A stretch of DNA of 62,899 nucleotides, counting the filler, from Vannella sp. (Eukaryota): assembly GCA_023345925.1 (NCBI GenBank). It is 8 parts of 8 records of this genome, joined end to end, with 100 filler letters (N's around TTAATTAATTAA, not from the genome) between each part and the next. Parts side by side here need not be neighbours in the genome. Positions count along the whole stretch, not along the records: positions 28,924 to 43,828 come from JAJQQN010000210.1; positions 43,929 to 51,860 come from JAJQQN010001409.1; 6 more parts are not named here. The stretch is one strand, 5' to 3'. A program made the translations under genes and the position numbers. Below, one piece after another: positions 35,822 to 45,450 of this stretch (position 1 is the stretch's first letter; each line of letters starts with the position of its first letter). The notes below the pieces were generated by a model, which was given only the letters and a program-made list of their open reading frames with translations, made no database searches and was not told the DNA's origin.

Positions 35822-38800
35822 CTATTGGGCACCTTGTGGGTTGGGCAACAGAGCGCGAAGTCGCACTGGCACTTCGCCTTCGCACAGAACATACTCGCGG
35901 CTATCAGCCAGGGCCTTATCGAAGTCTGACATGGGGAACATGAAGGGTTTGGCGTCTTCCTCCAGGAGAAGACAGTGAGTGCACGGGACGAAGCTTTCCA
36001 CATCAGTCAATCCAAGAGAGGAGTTAAGAGAAGTGAGGGTTTTGAGGAATGACAAAAGGTCTGTCGCGGCTTGCTCCCCGCGGACAGTGATGTGGAGGGT
36101 CTTGTCCGCCGGAACTAGTTTGACGAAAGCACTGCCACCGGCCGCGTTGGAGAGAATACTGCCGTTTCTCCAGTAGTTCTGAATCTCCCAGTTGAGGGAA
36201 TGAACCACTTTGCCAACAATACGAGGGAACAGAGTGTTCGGCACGAATTGATAGTGGATGGTGCGGCGGAACTCCGGCTCTTCCATCTCATAGCCAGGCG
36301 CCCACATCAAGTTCAGCGAGGCCAATGAAGGCGTCTGCTCTTCTTCCAGAAGCTCAGGGAAGAAGATGCGACCTTGCTCCTTGAGCCGCATGAGCATATC
36401 GAAGCGCTCTAGAAGCATGAGAATGTACTCGTGATACTTAACCGGATACAATTCGGGATCCCAAATATTCTGAAAGTCACTGCGAGCCACCATTCCCTTC
36501 TTGGCGTACTTTTTGATGCCGTTGAAAGAGGAAACCAAATCCACAATCCACTGGGGGTTGAGGAAGACAAGCGTTGGGCAAACATCAGCAAAGCAGACCA
36601 AAATGCCACTGTCGTTCATGAACCGCATTGCCTCTTTGACAGCGTCAGGAGCTACGCCGCAAGCCATTACTTCTTCAGAGAAGCGCTTGAAGGATGTTAG
36701 GGGAGTCTTCATCAGGTCATTGAGGAGCTCGATGCGCTCTTCCAGGTATTGGTATCCTCGCATGACTTGCTGAGGGATGTACGAGCGACTGGAAGCCACT
36801 TTCAGGACTCTTTCAAGAACAGCATCCGTCTTCTTGTTAAACTTGGCTGAAATCGATTCGTAACCAGCAATATTGGGGAAGCGGTCCGCCACTAACCCTT
36901 TGATGCGACCCCAAAACGCTTTTCGGTGCTTACCGTTGCAAGTTTTGTCATCCAAATGGGTTCCAACGATAATGATGGGCACTTGGTCATTGACTTTGCG
37001 AGTGATAAGCTCGAGCCATTGTTCAAGACGCGCATCCTCGCTGGGAGGGTCCATCATGTTGCACACGAGCAAGTAGATTGCACGCTCAGAGAGGAAGACT
37101 TGGTGTGTGTTATAGTATTGCTGGTCCCCGCTAAAGTCCCACGTACTGAACAGAATGTCTTTCAGTTTGAGGTTACTCGTGACAATGCCTTTCGTCGGTT
37201 CGGTCTCGAAGCTCTTTGTTGAGCCCTTGAGACCTCCCTTCGCCTTGGAGCGGAAAGACTCGTAAAGGCAGCTCTTACCCACACCCTCCTTGCCGACAAT
37301 CATCAATTTCATCCGGCTGACAGAAATAGGGACTTTGGGGAGTTGCTTGACGAGATTGAGAGTCATCTGCGAGCCTTCCTCGCGCTTCTCAGCTTTCTCA
37401 GACTTTTCGAACTTCTCAGCCTTCTCAAGGACATCTGAAGGCATTCCTTTGAGAGGGACATTCTGGTATAGGCGCAGGGTTTCGAGGGACACCAGGGTAC
37501 TGAGGAAGTGGTCGAGATTCTTCAGGCGGTTCTGGCAAAGATCCAATACTTTGAGGAACTTGAGAAGCTGAAGCGTTTTGGGGATGGCGGTGAGCTTATT
37601 GACTTGGCCATATAATTCGACAAGTCGCCACATGTTGCCGAAAGACTCTGGCAGCTCAGTAATCATGTTGTTCGAGATATTCAGCAGTTCCATGTTGTTC
37701 ATAAGGGTGAATTCGTTGGGCAGTTTCGAGAGCTTGTTGAAGGACAGGTTCATCCGACGCATCAACCCGAATGTCCCAAAGTACTCGGGGATGATGGAGA
37801 TTGCGTTGTTTGAGATGTCCAGCTCTTCCAAGCAAGGAAGATTGGGCTGCTCTTCTGGTAATTCAGTTAGTTTGTTGAAGGAGAGATTCAGTGCTCGCAT
37901 GCTGGCAATGAAGAAGAGACTTTCAGGCACCTCGGAGATGAGATTGTTTTGTACGAGGAAGATCTCCAAGTGGCTCAGGTTAGACATCTCAGTGGGGAGC
38001 TTGGTCAGTCGGTTATTGGAGAAGTCAACGCGCTTCAGACTTTGCATAAGGCGGAACATCTCTGGGAGTTCCTCAATCATATTATAGGAGCATTGGAGCT
38101 CCTGGACGTTGACTAATTCGCAAAGCTCGTCTGGAAGGCGAACCAACTTGTTGTAGGAAAGATCCAACTTCATGAGGCGGTCGAAATTGACAATGGCAGC
38201 GCCAGGAATGTCTGTGAGAAGGTTGTTGGAGGCCAAAAACTGTTGTACTTGTGACATCTCTTCAATCATAATGGGAAAGGTCTCCAATTCGTTGTAAGAG
38301 ATGTCAAAGTACTGCACGCGCTCAGCTCCTTCCAACAGGCGGGTCACCAGCTGCCGGTAGTTTCGCCCTGAAAGGACCAAGTCCGTGGACTTGCCATACT
38401 TGAAGGCTTGGTAGGCATAATTAGAGTTCAGGAGCCACTGGATAGACTGCAAGATATGCGCTAAATAACCCCGGTCTGTGGCTTGGAAGACTCGCTCTTG
38501 AATATCGAATCGAGTGATATTCAGATTGATCTTCAGAAGGCGCTCGATGGCCTGGGCCGCCTTGATGCCGATGTTGTTGTTGGAAACGTCAACGGCTGTA
38601 ATTTGCTCGTTGTTCAGTAGTCCCTTGGTCAGAGCGGACATGGAGTTCTCGGCATCCCAAATGCCCCGGTTGGAAAGATCAATCTTACGAGCTACGTTGT
38701 TCTCGGATAAGGATGCGTTGAGCTCCTTGAGTTTGCCACGAGGAAGTCGGCAGGAGGAGAGAGCTATCGTTGAGAGTGTGGGGTCGTTCGCGCGGACTTG

Positions 38801-40474
38801 GTCAAAAGTCTTTTTGACATAGGCGCGCACTTTGCTGTTCTCAATGATGCCAACTTGCTCTGCCACAATAGTGGCTCGCTTGGCGACGACTTTGCCAGCG
38901 TCTATGGTGCGGTCACGAAGGAGAAGACCTCCTGTTCGGCGAGTTTCTCCTCCTATTCCCGGTCCTGAGGAAGTTGTTTCGTGCATGCTGTAGTCTACTT
39001 GGGTACTGGCCCCAATGTACTCATCTTGGTCTTCGGTAGCAGTAGCTGCGGGATTGGGCGCTCCCATGCCCATACCCATTCCCATCATTGGTGACATGGC
39101 AAAGAGAGAGGCTGAATCCTGATACTCTGTATCTAGCAGCCCTGCCGGAGCCACCAAAGTGCGAGGAGCAGTGGGCATCTTACCACGAGCAGGGCCACTG
39201 GTAGCACCAGGAACAGCAACGGGTGAGTACATTCCGGAGCTGGAGTTACTGTGGGAGCCGTTCGAAGGCGCCACAAAGCCCATTTCGTCTTCGTCGTCGT
39301 CTTCACCAAAGTCAATGAGGCGAGTCTTGGGCCCCAACTCCTCATAGTCTTCCATGGGAAGGTTTGGATCGTACACAAAGTTGGGATCAAGAGGTAGCAG
39401 CCCACCATCATCCATAGGCATACTAGGGTCAAAGAGCATCTCGCCTGGGTCCATGTTAGGGTCGAAAGGCATCAGTCCGTCAGAGAGGCCCATTTCAGGG
39501 TCAAACGGCATCAAACCGTCCATCGAGAGGCCCATGTTGGGGTCAAATGACAGTGGTTCTAATGTGAAGCTCATGCTTGGGTCTAAGGAGAAGTCAGGGT
39601 CCAAAGGAATGCTGGGGTCGAACGACATCAAGCTGGGGTCGAGGGCGGGAAGTTCTTTGGCGAAGACGTCTTCAGTCTGCAGCTGTGGTAACCCGCTTGT
39701 GGATCCGCGCTGCGTCATTTGACTGATTCCTCCTACTCGACGTGTAGGGCGGTTCTCCTTTGTGGGGCGGGTCAAGGACGAACGCGACTGTCCGGAGGGA
39801 AGACCTCCTTTGATGCTACCGGGGAGGCCTGTCTTACCGCGGAGGGTTCCTCCAAAGGGCATGTCTCTTTCAGGGTTGTTTAAAGGTATGCCAATCACTG
39901 CTCCTGGAACACCACTGCGTGAGCGTCTTGGGTCCACAGGAGTCACTCTCAGAGAGCCAGGAGTGCTCCCAGGGACGCTTCGTAAGGTCCCAGGAAGAGA
40001 GGAGTTGCCAGCGTATCCTGCTTGGTTCCGCATGGAGTTGAGGTTGGGAGCGGCACTAGCTCGAGGGGCCTGGTTGGGGACAACGCTCCCTCGGAGGGTT
40101 CCTCCTGAGTTGAGTTGAGAGGGGACGTTACTCTTGTTCCTCATTGTCCCGTTGAATACGCTGGGGACGGCACTCCTATTGCGTAGGGTGCCTTGTGCGA
40201 CATCCACGGAGGACTCTCGCTTGGGGGCTCGGTTGTTCTTGGTGGGCCGTGCCATCTTACTCGACACTCCTTTACCAGGCTCTGTTTCATTCGGTTGTGT
40301 CTGCTTTGCAGGTGTTTGAGCGGGTGCGCTCAAGTGGGGACTCAAGACGAGAGTCACGCTGGGAGGCAACGCCAACGTTGGGGGTGGTGGAGGTGCCGCC
40401 CCTTTCTCTGCGTTCATGAAGATTCGGTCTCGCAACTCATTGTTAAGCTGCGGCTTCGGCGGTCGAGTTGTCAT
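35822..40474 (-). CDS. Roco-family protein (RI/tropomodulin-like LRR + LRR + ROC GTPase + COR), no kinase domain
   Basis: Many LxxLDLSxNxLxxLP repeats; ROC MKLMIVGKEGVGKS, TWDFSGDQQYYNTHQVFL, VGTHLD; COR VFLNPQW, FFPELL. Stop codon followed by AATAAA. Confidence 0.92.
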   Translation of the reverse strand: MTTRPPKPQLNNELRDRIFMNAEKGAAPPPPPTLALPPSVTLVLSPHLSAPAQTPAKQTQPNETEPGKGVSSKMARPTKNNRAPKRESSVDVAQGTLRNRSAVPSVFNGTMRNKSNVPSQLNSGGTLRGSVVPNQAPRASAAPNLNSMRNQAGYAGNSSLPGTLRSVPGSTPGSLRVTPVDPRRSRSGVPGAVIGIPLNNPERDMPFGGTLRGKTGLPGSIKGGLPSGQSRSSLTRPTKENRPTRRVGGISQMTQRGSTSGLPQLQTEDVFAKELPALDPSLMSFDPSIPLDPDFSLDPSMSFTLEPLSFDPNMGLSMDGLMPFDPEMGLSDGLMPFDPNMDPGEMLFDPSMPMDDGGLLPLDPNFVYDPNLPMEDYEELGPKTRLIDFGEDDDEDEMGFVAPSNGSHSNSSSGMYSPVAVPGATSGPARGKMPTAPRTLVAPAGLLDTEYQDSASLFAMSPMMGMGMGMGAPNPAATATEDQDEYIGASTQVDYSMHETTSSGPGIGGETRRTGGLLLRDRTIDAGKVVAKRATIVAEQVGIIENSKVRAYVKKTFDQVRANDPTLSTIALSSCRLPRGKLKELNASLSENNVARKIDLSNRGIWDAENSMSALTKGLLNNEQITAVDVSNNNIGIKAAQAIERLLKINLNITRFDIQERVFQATDRGYLAHILQSIQWLLNSNYAYQAFKYGKSTDLVLSGRNYRQLVTRLLEGAERVQYFDISYNELETFPIMIEEMSQVQQFLASNNLLTDIPGAAIVNFDRLMKLDLSYNKLVRLPDELCELVNVQELQCSYNMIEELPEMFRLMQSLKRVDFSNNRLTKLPTEMSNLSHLEIFLVQNNLISEVPESLFFIASMRALNLSFNKLTELPEEQPNLPCLEELDISNNAISIIPEYFGTFGLMRRMNLSFNKLSKLPNEFTLMNNMELLNISNNMITELPESFGNMWRLVELYGQVNKLTAIPKTLQLLKFLKVLDLCQNRLKNLDHFLSTLVSLETLRLYQNVPLKGMPSDVLEKAEKFEKSEKAEKREEGSQMTLNLVKQLPKVPISVSRMKLMIVGKEGVGKSCLYESFRSKAKGGLKGSTKSFETEPTKGIVTSNLKLKDILFSTWDFSGDQQYYNTHQVFLSERAIYLLVCNMMDPPSEDARLEQWLELITRKVNDQVPIIIVGTHLDDKTCNGKHRKAFWGRIKGLVADRFPNIAGYESISAKFNKKTDAVLERVLKVASSRSYIPQQVMRGYQYLEERIELLNDLMKTPLTSFKRFSEEVMACGVAPDAVKEAMRFMNDSGILVCFADVCPTLVFLNPQWIVDLVSSFNGIKKYAKKGMVARSDFQNIWDPELYPVKYHEYILMLLERFDMLMRLKEQGRIFFPELLEEEQTPSLASLNLMWAPGYEMEEPEFRRTIHYQFVPNTLFPRIVGKVVHSLNWEIQNYWRNGSILSNAAGGSAFVKLVPADKTLHITVRGEQAATDLLSFLKTLTSLNSSLGLTDVESFVPCTHCLLLEEDAKPFMFPMSDFDKALADSREYVLCEGEVPVRLRALLPNPQGAQ

Positions 40475-40659
40475 CGCTCACGCCTCCCGCCCAGCTCCAA
40501 CCAAGAATGGACACCAGAATGCTGACTTCGACAGCTCGATTCCCTTTTCCGTCATTTCAGTCTCACCAGAATAAATGATTTAAAAGGTAAAGTTGATTCC
40601 TCGAGTGATTTCTCAAGCCAGACGGCAAGGTAATAATGGGATGTTTATGATAGACTCGA

Positions 40660-43506
40660 TTAGCGGCGTTGGGTTCGTCCAACGTTGTTGGAAGCTTGGT
40701 TGGGACGCCCAGCGTTGTTGTTTGGTTGGTTGGGACGCCCAAAGTTGTTGGGGGGCTGTTGGTTGGAACGCCCTGAGTTGGTGTTGGGGGGTTGGGGCTT
40801 GGAAGGCCGTGGGGGTGGAGGGCGAGAAGCGGAGATCTCTTTGACGAACTCGAGAACGTTGGGAGCTTTGGTTTCCTTGGGAAGGTGCTCTTGGAGGTCG
40901 ATCTCGGTCAGGTGCTCAAGGTTCTCGTGGAGTTCCCAGTACTTTCCGTGCGCCAACAGCTCCTTGGCGGACTGCGCTAACTCAGCCAAAGAGATGTTCT
41001 GTTGGAGAAGCTCTTTCAGGATCGAAGCCAACTCTGGCAACTTCCGATCGCGTGTGACAGCGAGGAGGGCAAACACGTAGAAGGGGGCGTTGAGAGTGCT
41101 ACCAAGTTCGTTGGTGGCGTAACGACGCAGCTCGAGTATGCCATCAGTGTCCCGCTTCTCCATCAGGTAGTAGGCGATTCCTTCCAGTACGGGCTTGGTG
41201 ACAGTTACTTCCGCTGCGACCATGTGGGCTACAATGCTTTGGCCCTTGGCGCGAGCAAGGGGGCCGTGCATCATAGCTAATGCGATGTGGCTTGGCCAAC
41301 GAAGAGCCTCGCTGAAGCGACTGATGACAGTGGCCTTCTCTTTCTCAAGAACGCCTTCCAACACAAAGGTCAGGTTGCGCGGCTTCAGGAGGAAGGGGAG
41401 GTCCTTTCCTTGCTCTAAAACCTGGAATGCTTCAGCATAGAGCTTCTCTTTGCACAGCAACTCGATGAGCTGTTCGCCGCGAGTAGCATTGATCGATTGG
41501 TACCCACAACTGTGGAGGCTGTGCAAGCAAGCTACGAACTGCTCCAAGTTACCAGTCCTATAGAATGCCTCGCAAGCGAGCTGCAAGATACGCTCAGATG
41601 GCTCGGTCCCATCCTTGGAGAGTTGGAGGAAGCTATCGAGCGCGTGTTGCCATTGCTTGGCTTCGACAAACCCACTCAATGCCGCATCGTAGAGGGCTAG
41701 TTTGTCTTCAGAGGTGGGCTGGGGAAGGGCGAGGGCCTGTTTCACAGCCTGGATATCCCCTTGGGAGGCACGGACGAAGATGGCTCCGCTCTCCTGCTCT
41801 GGATTGCCGGTGTAGTCTGATTGCTTCAACTCCTCGAGGATGGCGTTGAAAGAGGGGATGTTCTTGGAGCGCCCGTACATGTACAAGAGAGCATTCAGCG
41901 TCTCCGCTGTCAGTTTAACTTTGCAGCGTCGCGCTTCACTCAAGAGGAACTCTGTTTTGGGGGTGACAAGGTTGCGAGCAAACGCTTGGATAGCGCGGTT
42001 CGCTACAGCAGCGTTGGGATCAACGCAGATGTCCGCCATTTCGCGAAGAGTCAACTCCACTGCCTCCACTCTGCCTCCACGACCATAACCGTTCACAAGG
42101 GCTGCGTAGAGCTCTTGGCACCCTTGTAAGCCCTCAACAAACATGGCAGCTAGCAATGACTGCTTTGCAGCAGCTCCGCGATCGTAAGAGAGAGAGAACT
42201 GAACATCCTCGTCAATGCGAAGCATCACGCCCTTTCCTTCGTCGATCTTCCTCTCCACACAGAACTGCTCTGTGATAGGCTCCTTAGTGGTGTTCATGTA
42301 CTGGTAGCGTGAGGACAGAGAGAACAGGTCAGTGTTATCATGGAAGGGGATGGCGAGATCCTCTGCAAGAGCGCTTCCTTCTGAGTCAATGCGAGCACCA
42401 GTGAGGGCACAGATACGCTCTCTCCCACCATCGCGTGATCCGCCGCGAGTGTCTTCGGGTGAAATGATGGTGAACTCGTTCACCAAAGCGGTCTGGAAGT
42501 TCGCAAGATCGGGCTCAGTCAATGGGCTACGATCAGTGCCTAACAGTGCTTCTCTCTCACGGTTCTTCTCTGCAGTGGCAGCCTGAGTAAGCTCGTTAAC
42601 CACGCGGAAGACAGCGGAGTACTTGAGGCGTTGTTGCTCGTTGGAAACGGCTCGGTACGTTCCACTACGAGATGTAGACGCGCCAAGGAAGTTCTCTTCA
42701 CTCTCCTTTGCACTAGCAGCGTTCGTTTTGGTCTGGGCCAAGTCCAAGTCGCTGATGATCGCAGATGCTTTGGCACCACCTCCTGGCTTACTGAATAGGC
42801 GATTGAGCGAGTCCAAGTCTTTTCTTTGTCGAGTATCCTTTGGTGGGGTGGCTTCTTGAACGAGTGGAGCGGTGGGGGAGCGAACAAGAAGATCAGCGAA
42901 GCTCACTCGAGACGGGTCGGGGACGGGGCTGGCGTAGGACGTAGGCCGCTTCTGTTTGATTATCTGTCTACGGAAGAAGTCGTTCTTGATGTCTTTGGCT
43001 AGGAAGAAGGCTTCTGCGTTCTGAAGGATGAGTTCAAAGGTTCGTTCGGTGATGGGCACTTCCGCGCGCCTCATTTGATCTAAGGTCTTCTGTAGGCCGG
43101 CAAAGTCACCCTGGCGAGTGTGGGCGATCAAGAGATAGTGGAATGCGTTCTGAGAGGGAGGGATTCGCTCCTCCTTGATGTAGGAGTCGAGGAGCTGCTC
43201 ACCACGACGAAGTTGTCCTGTTAGGCTGAGGTTGTAGACAGTGTAGTCAAGAGATTGATCGTTAAAGGGAAGTCTTTCTTTTCGAGCTTGTTCGAAAAGC
43301 TGAACGGCAACTGCAGGTTGGCGGTAGTGCAGACAAGTGGACAACCGAAGATTCAAATCCTCAGGTGTTCGCGCTCGTTCTCCTAAAAGAGAACCGCGAA
43401 TCGCTGCGTATGGACTCTCGCGCTGAGAGAAGTTGAACGAACAACTAGCCCGGGTTCCAGACACCGCGACCATGCTCGGTCTCCAGCGAGTCGTCAATCG
43501 CAGCAT
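40660..43506 (-). CDS. Pentatricopeptide-repeat protein, probably mitochondrial
   Basis: PPR-like units (FHYLLIAHTRQGD, YAALVNGYGRGGR, LNALLYMYGRSKN, YDAALSGFVEAKQ); presequence-like MLRLTTRWRP; intronless. Confidence 0.8.
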   Translation of the reverse strand: MLRLTTRWRPSMVAVSGTRASCSFNFSQRESPYAAIRGSLLGERARTPEDLNLRLSTCLHYRQPAVAVQLFEQARKERLPFNDQSLDYTVYNLSLTGQLRRGEQLLDSYIKEERIPPSQNAFHYLLIAHTRQGDFAGLQKTLDQMRRAEVPITERTFELILQNAEAFFLAKDIKNDFFRRQIIKQKRPTSYASPVPDPSRVSFADLLVRSPTAPLVQEATPPKDTRQRKDLDSLNRLFSKPGGGAKASAIISDLDLAQTKTNAASAKESEENFLGASTSRSGTYRAVSNEQQRLKYSAVFRVVNELTQAATAEKNREREALLGTDRSPLTEPDLANFQTALVNEFTIISPEDTRGGSRDGGRERICALTGARIDSEGSALAEDLAIPFHDNTDLFSLSSRYQYMNTTKEPITEQFCVERKIDEGKGVMLRIDEDVQFSLSYDRGAAAKQSLLAAMFVEGLQGCQELYAALVNGYGRGGRVEAVELTLREMADICVDPNAAVANRAIQAFARNLVTPKTEFLLSEARRCKVKLTAETLNALLYMYGRSKNIPSFNAILEELKQSDYTGNPEQESGAIFVRASQGDIQAVKQALALPQPTSEDKLALYDAALSGFVEAKQWQHALDSFLQLSKDGTEPSERILQLACEAFYRTGNLEQFVACLHSLHSCGYQSINATRGEQLIELLCKEKLYAEAFQVLEQGKDLPFLLKPRNLTFVLEGVLEKEKATVISRFSEALRWPSHIALAMMHGPLARAKGQSIVAHMVAAEVTVTKPVLEGIAYYLMEKRDTDGILELRRYATNELGSTLNAPFYVFALLAVTRDRKLPELASILKELLQQNISLAELAQSAKELLAHGKYWELHENLEHLTEIDLQEHLPKETKAPNVLEFVKEISASRPPPPRPSKPQPPNTNSGRSNQQPPNNFGRPNQPNNNAGRPNQASNNVGRTQRR

Positions 43507-43828
43507 CCCCGTCTGGCTCAAAGAAGAATGATTCCTTCCATCTGAATGAATTGCTTGTATTATTGTCAAATATCAATATGCAAAGCAGGCAGGCTTGGTT
43601 ATTGCTTAGCAATAAGAAGCAATAAGGATCAGGCTTCGTGAAAAGGGGGTTTTTTGCGCGGGTTTAAGGGTAAACCCGAGCTTCAAAGAAAGTGAGGCTG
43701 ATCTTCATCGATTATTGGAATTTGCCATGCGAATGGTTTGCATGGCAAATTCAAGGAAAGACCAACTTTTCTTTGCTCGAAAATCGTCTTTATGCAAGAG
43801 ATGACATCAATGATATAAAGTTAAACGG

Positions 43829-43928
43829 NNNNNNNNNNNNNNNNNNNNNNNNNNNNNNNNNNNNNNNNNNNNTTAATTAATTAANNNNNNNNNNNNNNNN
43901 NNNNNNNNNNNNNNNNNNNNNNNNNNNN
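43829..43928. other. Artificial contig spacer
   Basis: N44-TTAATTAATTAA-N44. Confidence 0.99.
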
Positions 43929-43933
43929 AGAAG

Positions 43934-44230
43934 TGACTTCCCGCCTCCGCCTCCGCATCTGTTACTTCTCCGCCTCCGCCTCCGCATCTGTCTCCACATT
44001 TGCTACAGTACTGCAAGCCAGAGTGAGATTGACTCGCAGTATTCTTTGGGAGTTGTTTTTTGGTTGACTTCCCGCCTCCGCCTCCGCATCCGCCTCCGCA
44101 ACTGTCACATACTGAAAGCCGGAGAGACTGACTCGCAGTATTCTTTGGGAGTAGTTTCTAGAAGCTCTGAGAAGTTACGCCGAGGGGATCTGGTCTCGCA
44201 GTATTCTTTGGGAGTTGTTTCTAGAAGCTG
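43934..44230. repeat. Composite non-coding repeat patch
   Basis: Three copies of CTCGCAGTATTCTTTGGGAGTWGTTT (about 44033, 44132, 44195) interleaved with three CCGCCTCCGCCTCCGCATC blocks. Confidence 0.85.
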
Positions 44231-44278
44231 AATCCATTCAGCAGCTCCTTCCTGGTTCAGTGAAAGAACAAGATGAAC

Positions 44279-44653
44279 CTAATGTGACAACAACTGAGCG
44301 TGAGTGTAGTTAGCTTGAGACTTTCTGCTCAATTGTGTGACCAAGTAGTCAATTTGAGTTTGAAAAATCAGTTTCATGTCTTTGATGTCATCGCGGAGCT
44401 CTTCTGCTCGTTCTTCTTTGGCTCCGTAAAGCTGCATCAGAGCAGAGTGGTCCTGCTCAAGTTTCTCAAGCCTTTCGTACTTGTCGGAGTCTCTCCTGAC
44501 ATTGTGGTCATTTGTTGTGGTTTTTTTCTCCAATCGATCCTCTCAGTTAGCCTTGGCTACTTCCATCTGCTCGATTTGTTGTTTCAAAGACACTTTTTCA
44601 CTTTGGTGCTCTTGTAGACCCATCTGCAGTCTTTCGTAGGTTGCAGAGGATTC
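44279..44653 (-). pseudogene. TMF1/Sgm1-like C-terminal (TMF_TATA_bd) fragment with an in-frame TGA
   Basis: LEQDHSALMQLYGAKEERAEELRDDIKDMKLIFQTQI. TGA at 44543-44545 lies in frame between two open stretches; no 5' portion seen. Confidence 0.6.
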
Positions 44654-44687
44654 CTGATGAAAAAAAAAGAAAAAAAAGAATTTTGTT

Positions 44688-44993
44688 TCAAGGACTTTGC
44701 AGTTGGAAGGAGACAAAAGCGACATCGGATGTGCGCACCTGCGCTTCAGGGTATCTAAAGGTCACAGTCTGAAGGTCAGAGATCAATAGATGAGTGTTCG
44801 AGCAGTTCGTTCCTCGAAAGATCCCAGAAGCAGCCGCTCTGTTGCGAAGTCGCATGAGAAGGAGATGCACCGAACCAATGAAGTCTTACGAATCAACCAG
44901 CTCCACAGAACAGGGAAGGTTCTCCACCAGCGCCCAGAAGTCCAACATCCTCTTCTTGTTGACAGCCGCCAGCTCCCTCCCGTCCTCCTCCAT
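44688..44993 (-). CDS. GEMIN7: Gemin7-like Sm-fold protein (SMN complex)
   Basis: Intron 44839-44889 gives MEEDGRELAAVNKKRMLDFWALVENLPCSVELVDSAAASGIFRGTNCSNTHLLISDLQTVTFRYPEAQVRTSDVAFVSF, matching the Gemin7 pattern F.atD...vS.LQTP.g...eA.lR.sD. Confidence 0.75.
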
Positions 44994-45054
44994 GACCTGC
45001 CAAACAGAGAAATGACGGAATGAGAGTCCGAGAAGGTGAAGAGAGGCCATTTCC

Positions 45055-45450
45055 ATGTTGGGGCGCTTGTTTGGGCGTCTGTTGGGAGGCGCCGCTCCTT
45101 CTTCAAGCGCGACGGTGGCGAAGGACCGGTTGAAGATCATGATTCAGCAGCAGAGAAGGGAGAGGGATGCTCCTGTGGAGCATCAGAAGCTAGCGAACGA
45201 CGTTCTTGCCATCGTTCAGGTGAAGACGCCTCATTCAGACTCTCCTATCTCTTTGCTTACGTGTGGTGGGGTAACAGAAGCATTGGGCAGGTGTAGACAC
45301 AGAGGATATCTCTATCAATGGTGAGTACATCGCTGATCCCTTGCCCTGGTCGGCTCAAGACTCATCGCTCGGACAGTTCGACACACAGAGGACAACTTAG
45401 AGATCTTTGAGATGCAAGTGAAGCTTCCTAAGGAAGCGCTTTCAGCCTAA
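45055..45450 (+). CDS. minE: Nucleus-encoded MinE (organelle division topological specificity factor), 3 exons, 93 aa
   Basis: Exons 45055-45219, 45278-45320 and 45377-45450 give MLGRLFGRLLGGAAPSSSATVAKDRLKIMIQQQR...KLANDVLAIVQKHWAGVDTEDISINVRHTEDNLEIFEMQVKLP. This aligns end to end with bacterial MinE (AKERL.II...R, DIL.VI.KY, LELNVTLP). Confidence 0.88.

Noticed and set aside
40663..40790. GRPNQ-type repeats at the PPR protein C-terminus
   Set aside because: Short low-complexity tail, common in protist proteins; no specific function can be supported.
44031..44225. CRISPR-like array (three ~26-nt direct repeats)
   Set aside because: Eukaryotic context, unequal spacing, spacers that are themselves repetitive, and no cas genes.
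45055..45450. Bacterial contamination as the source of MinE
   Set aside because: The gene has two spliceosomal introns and lies on a contig with eukaryotic genes.
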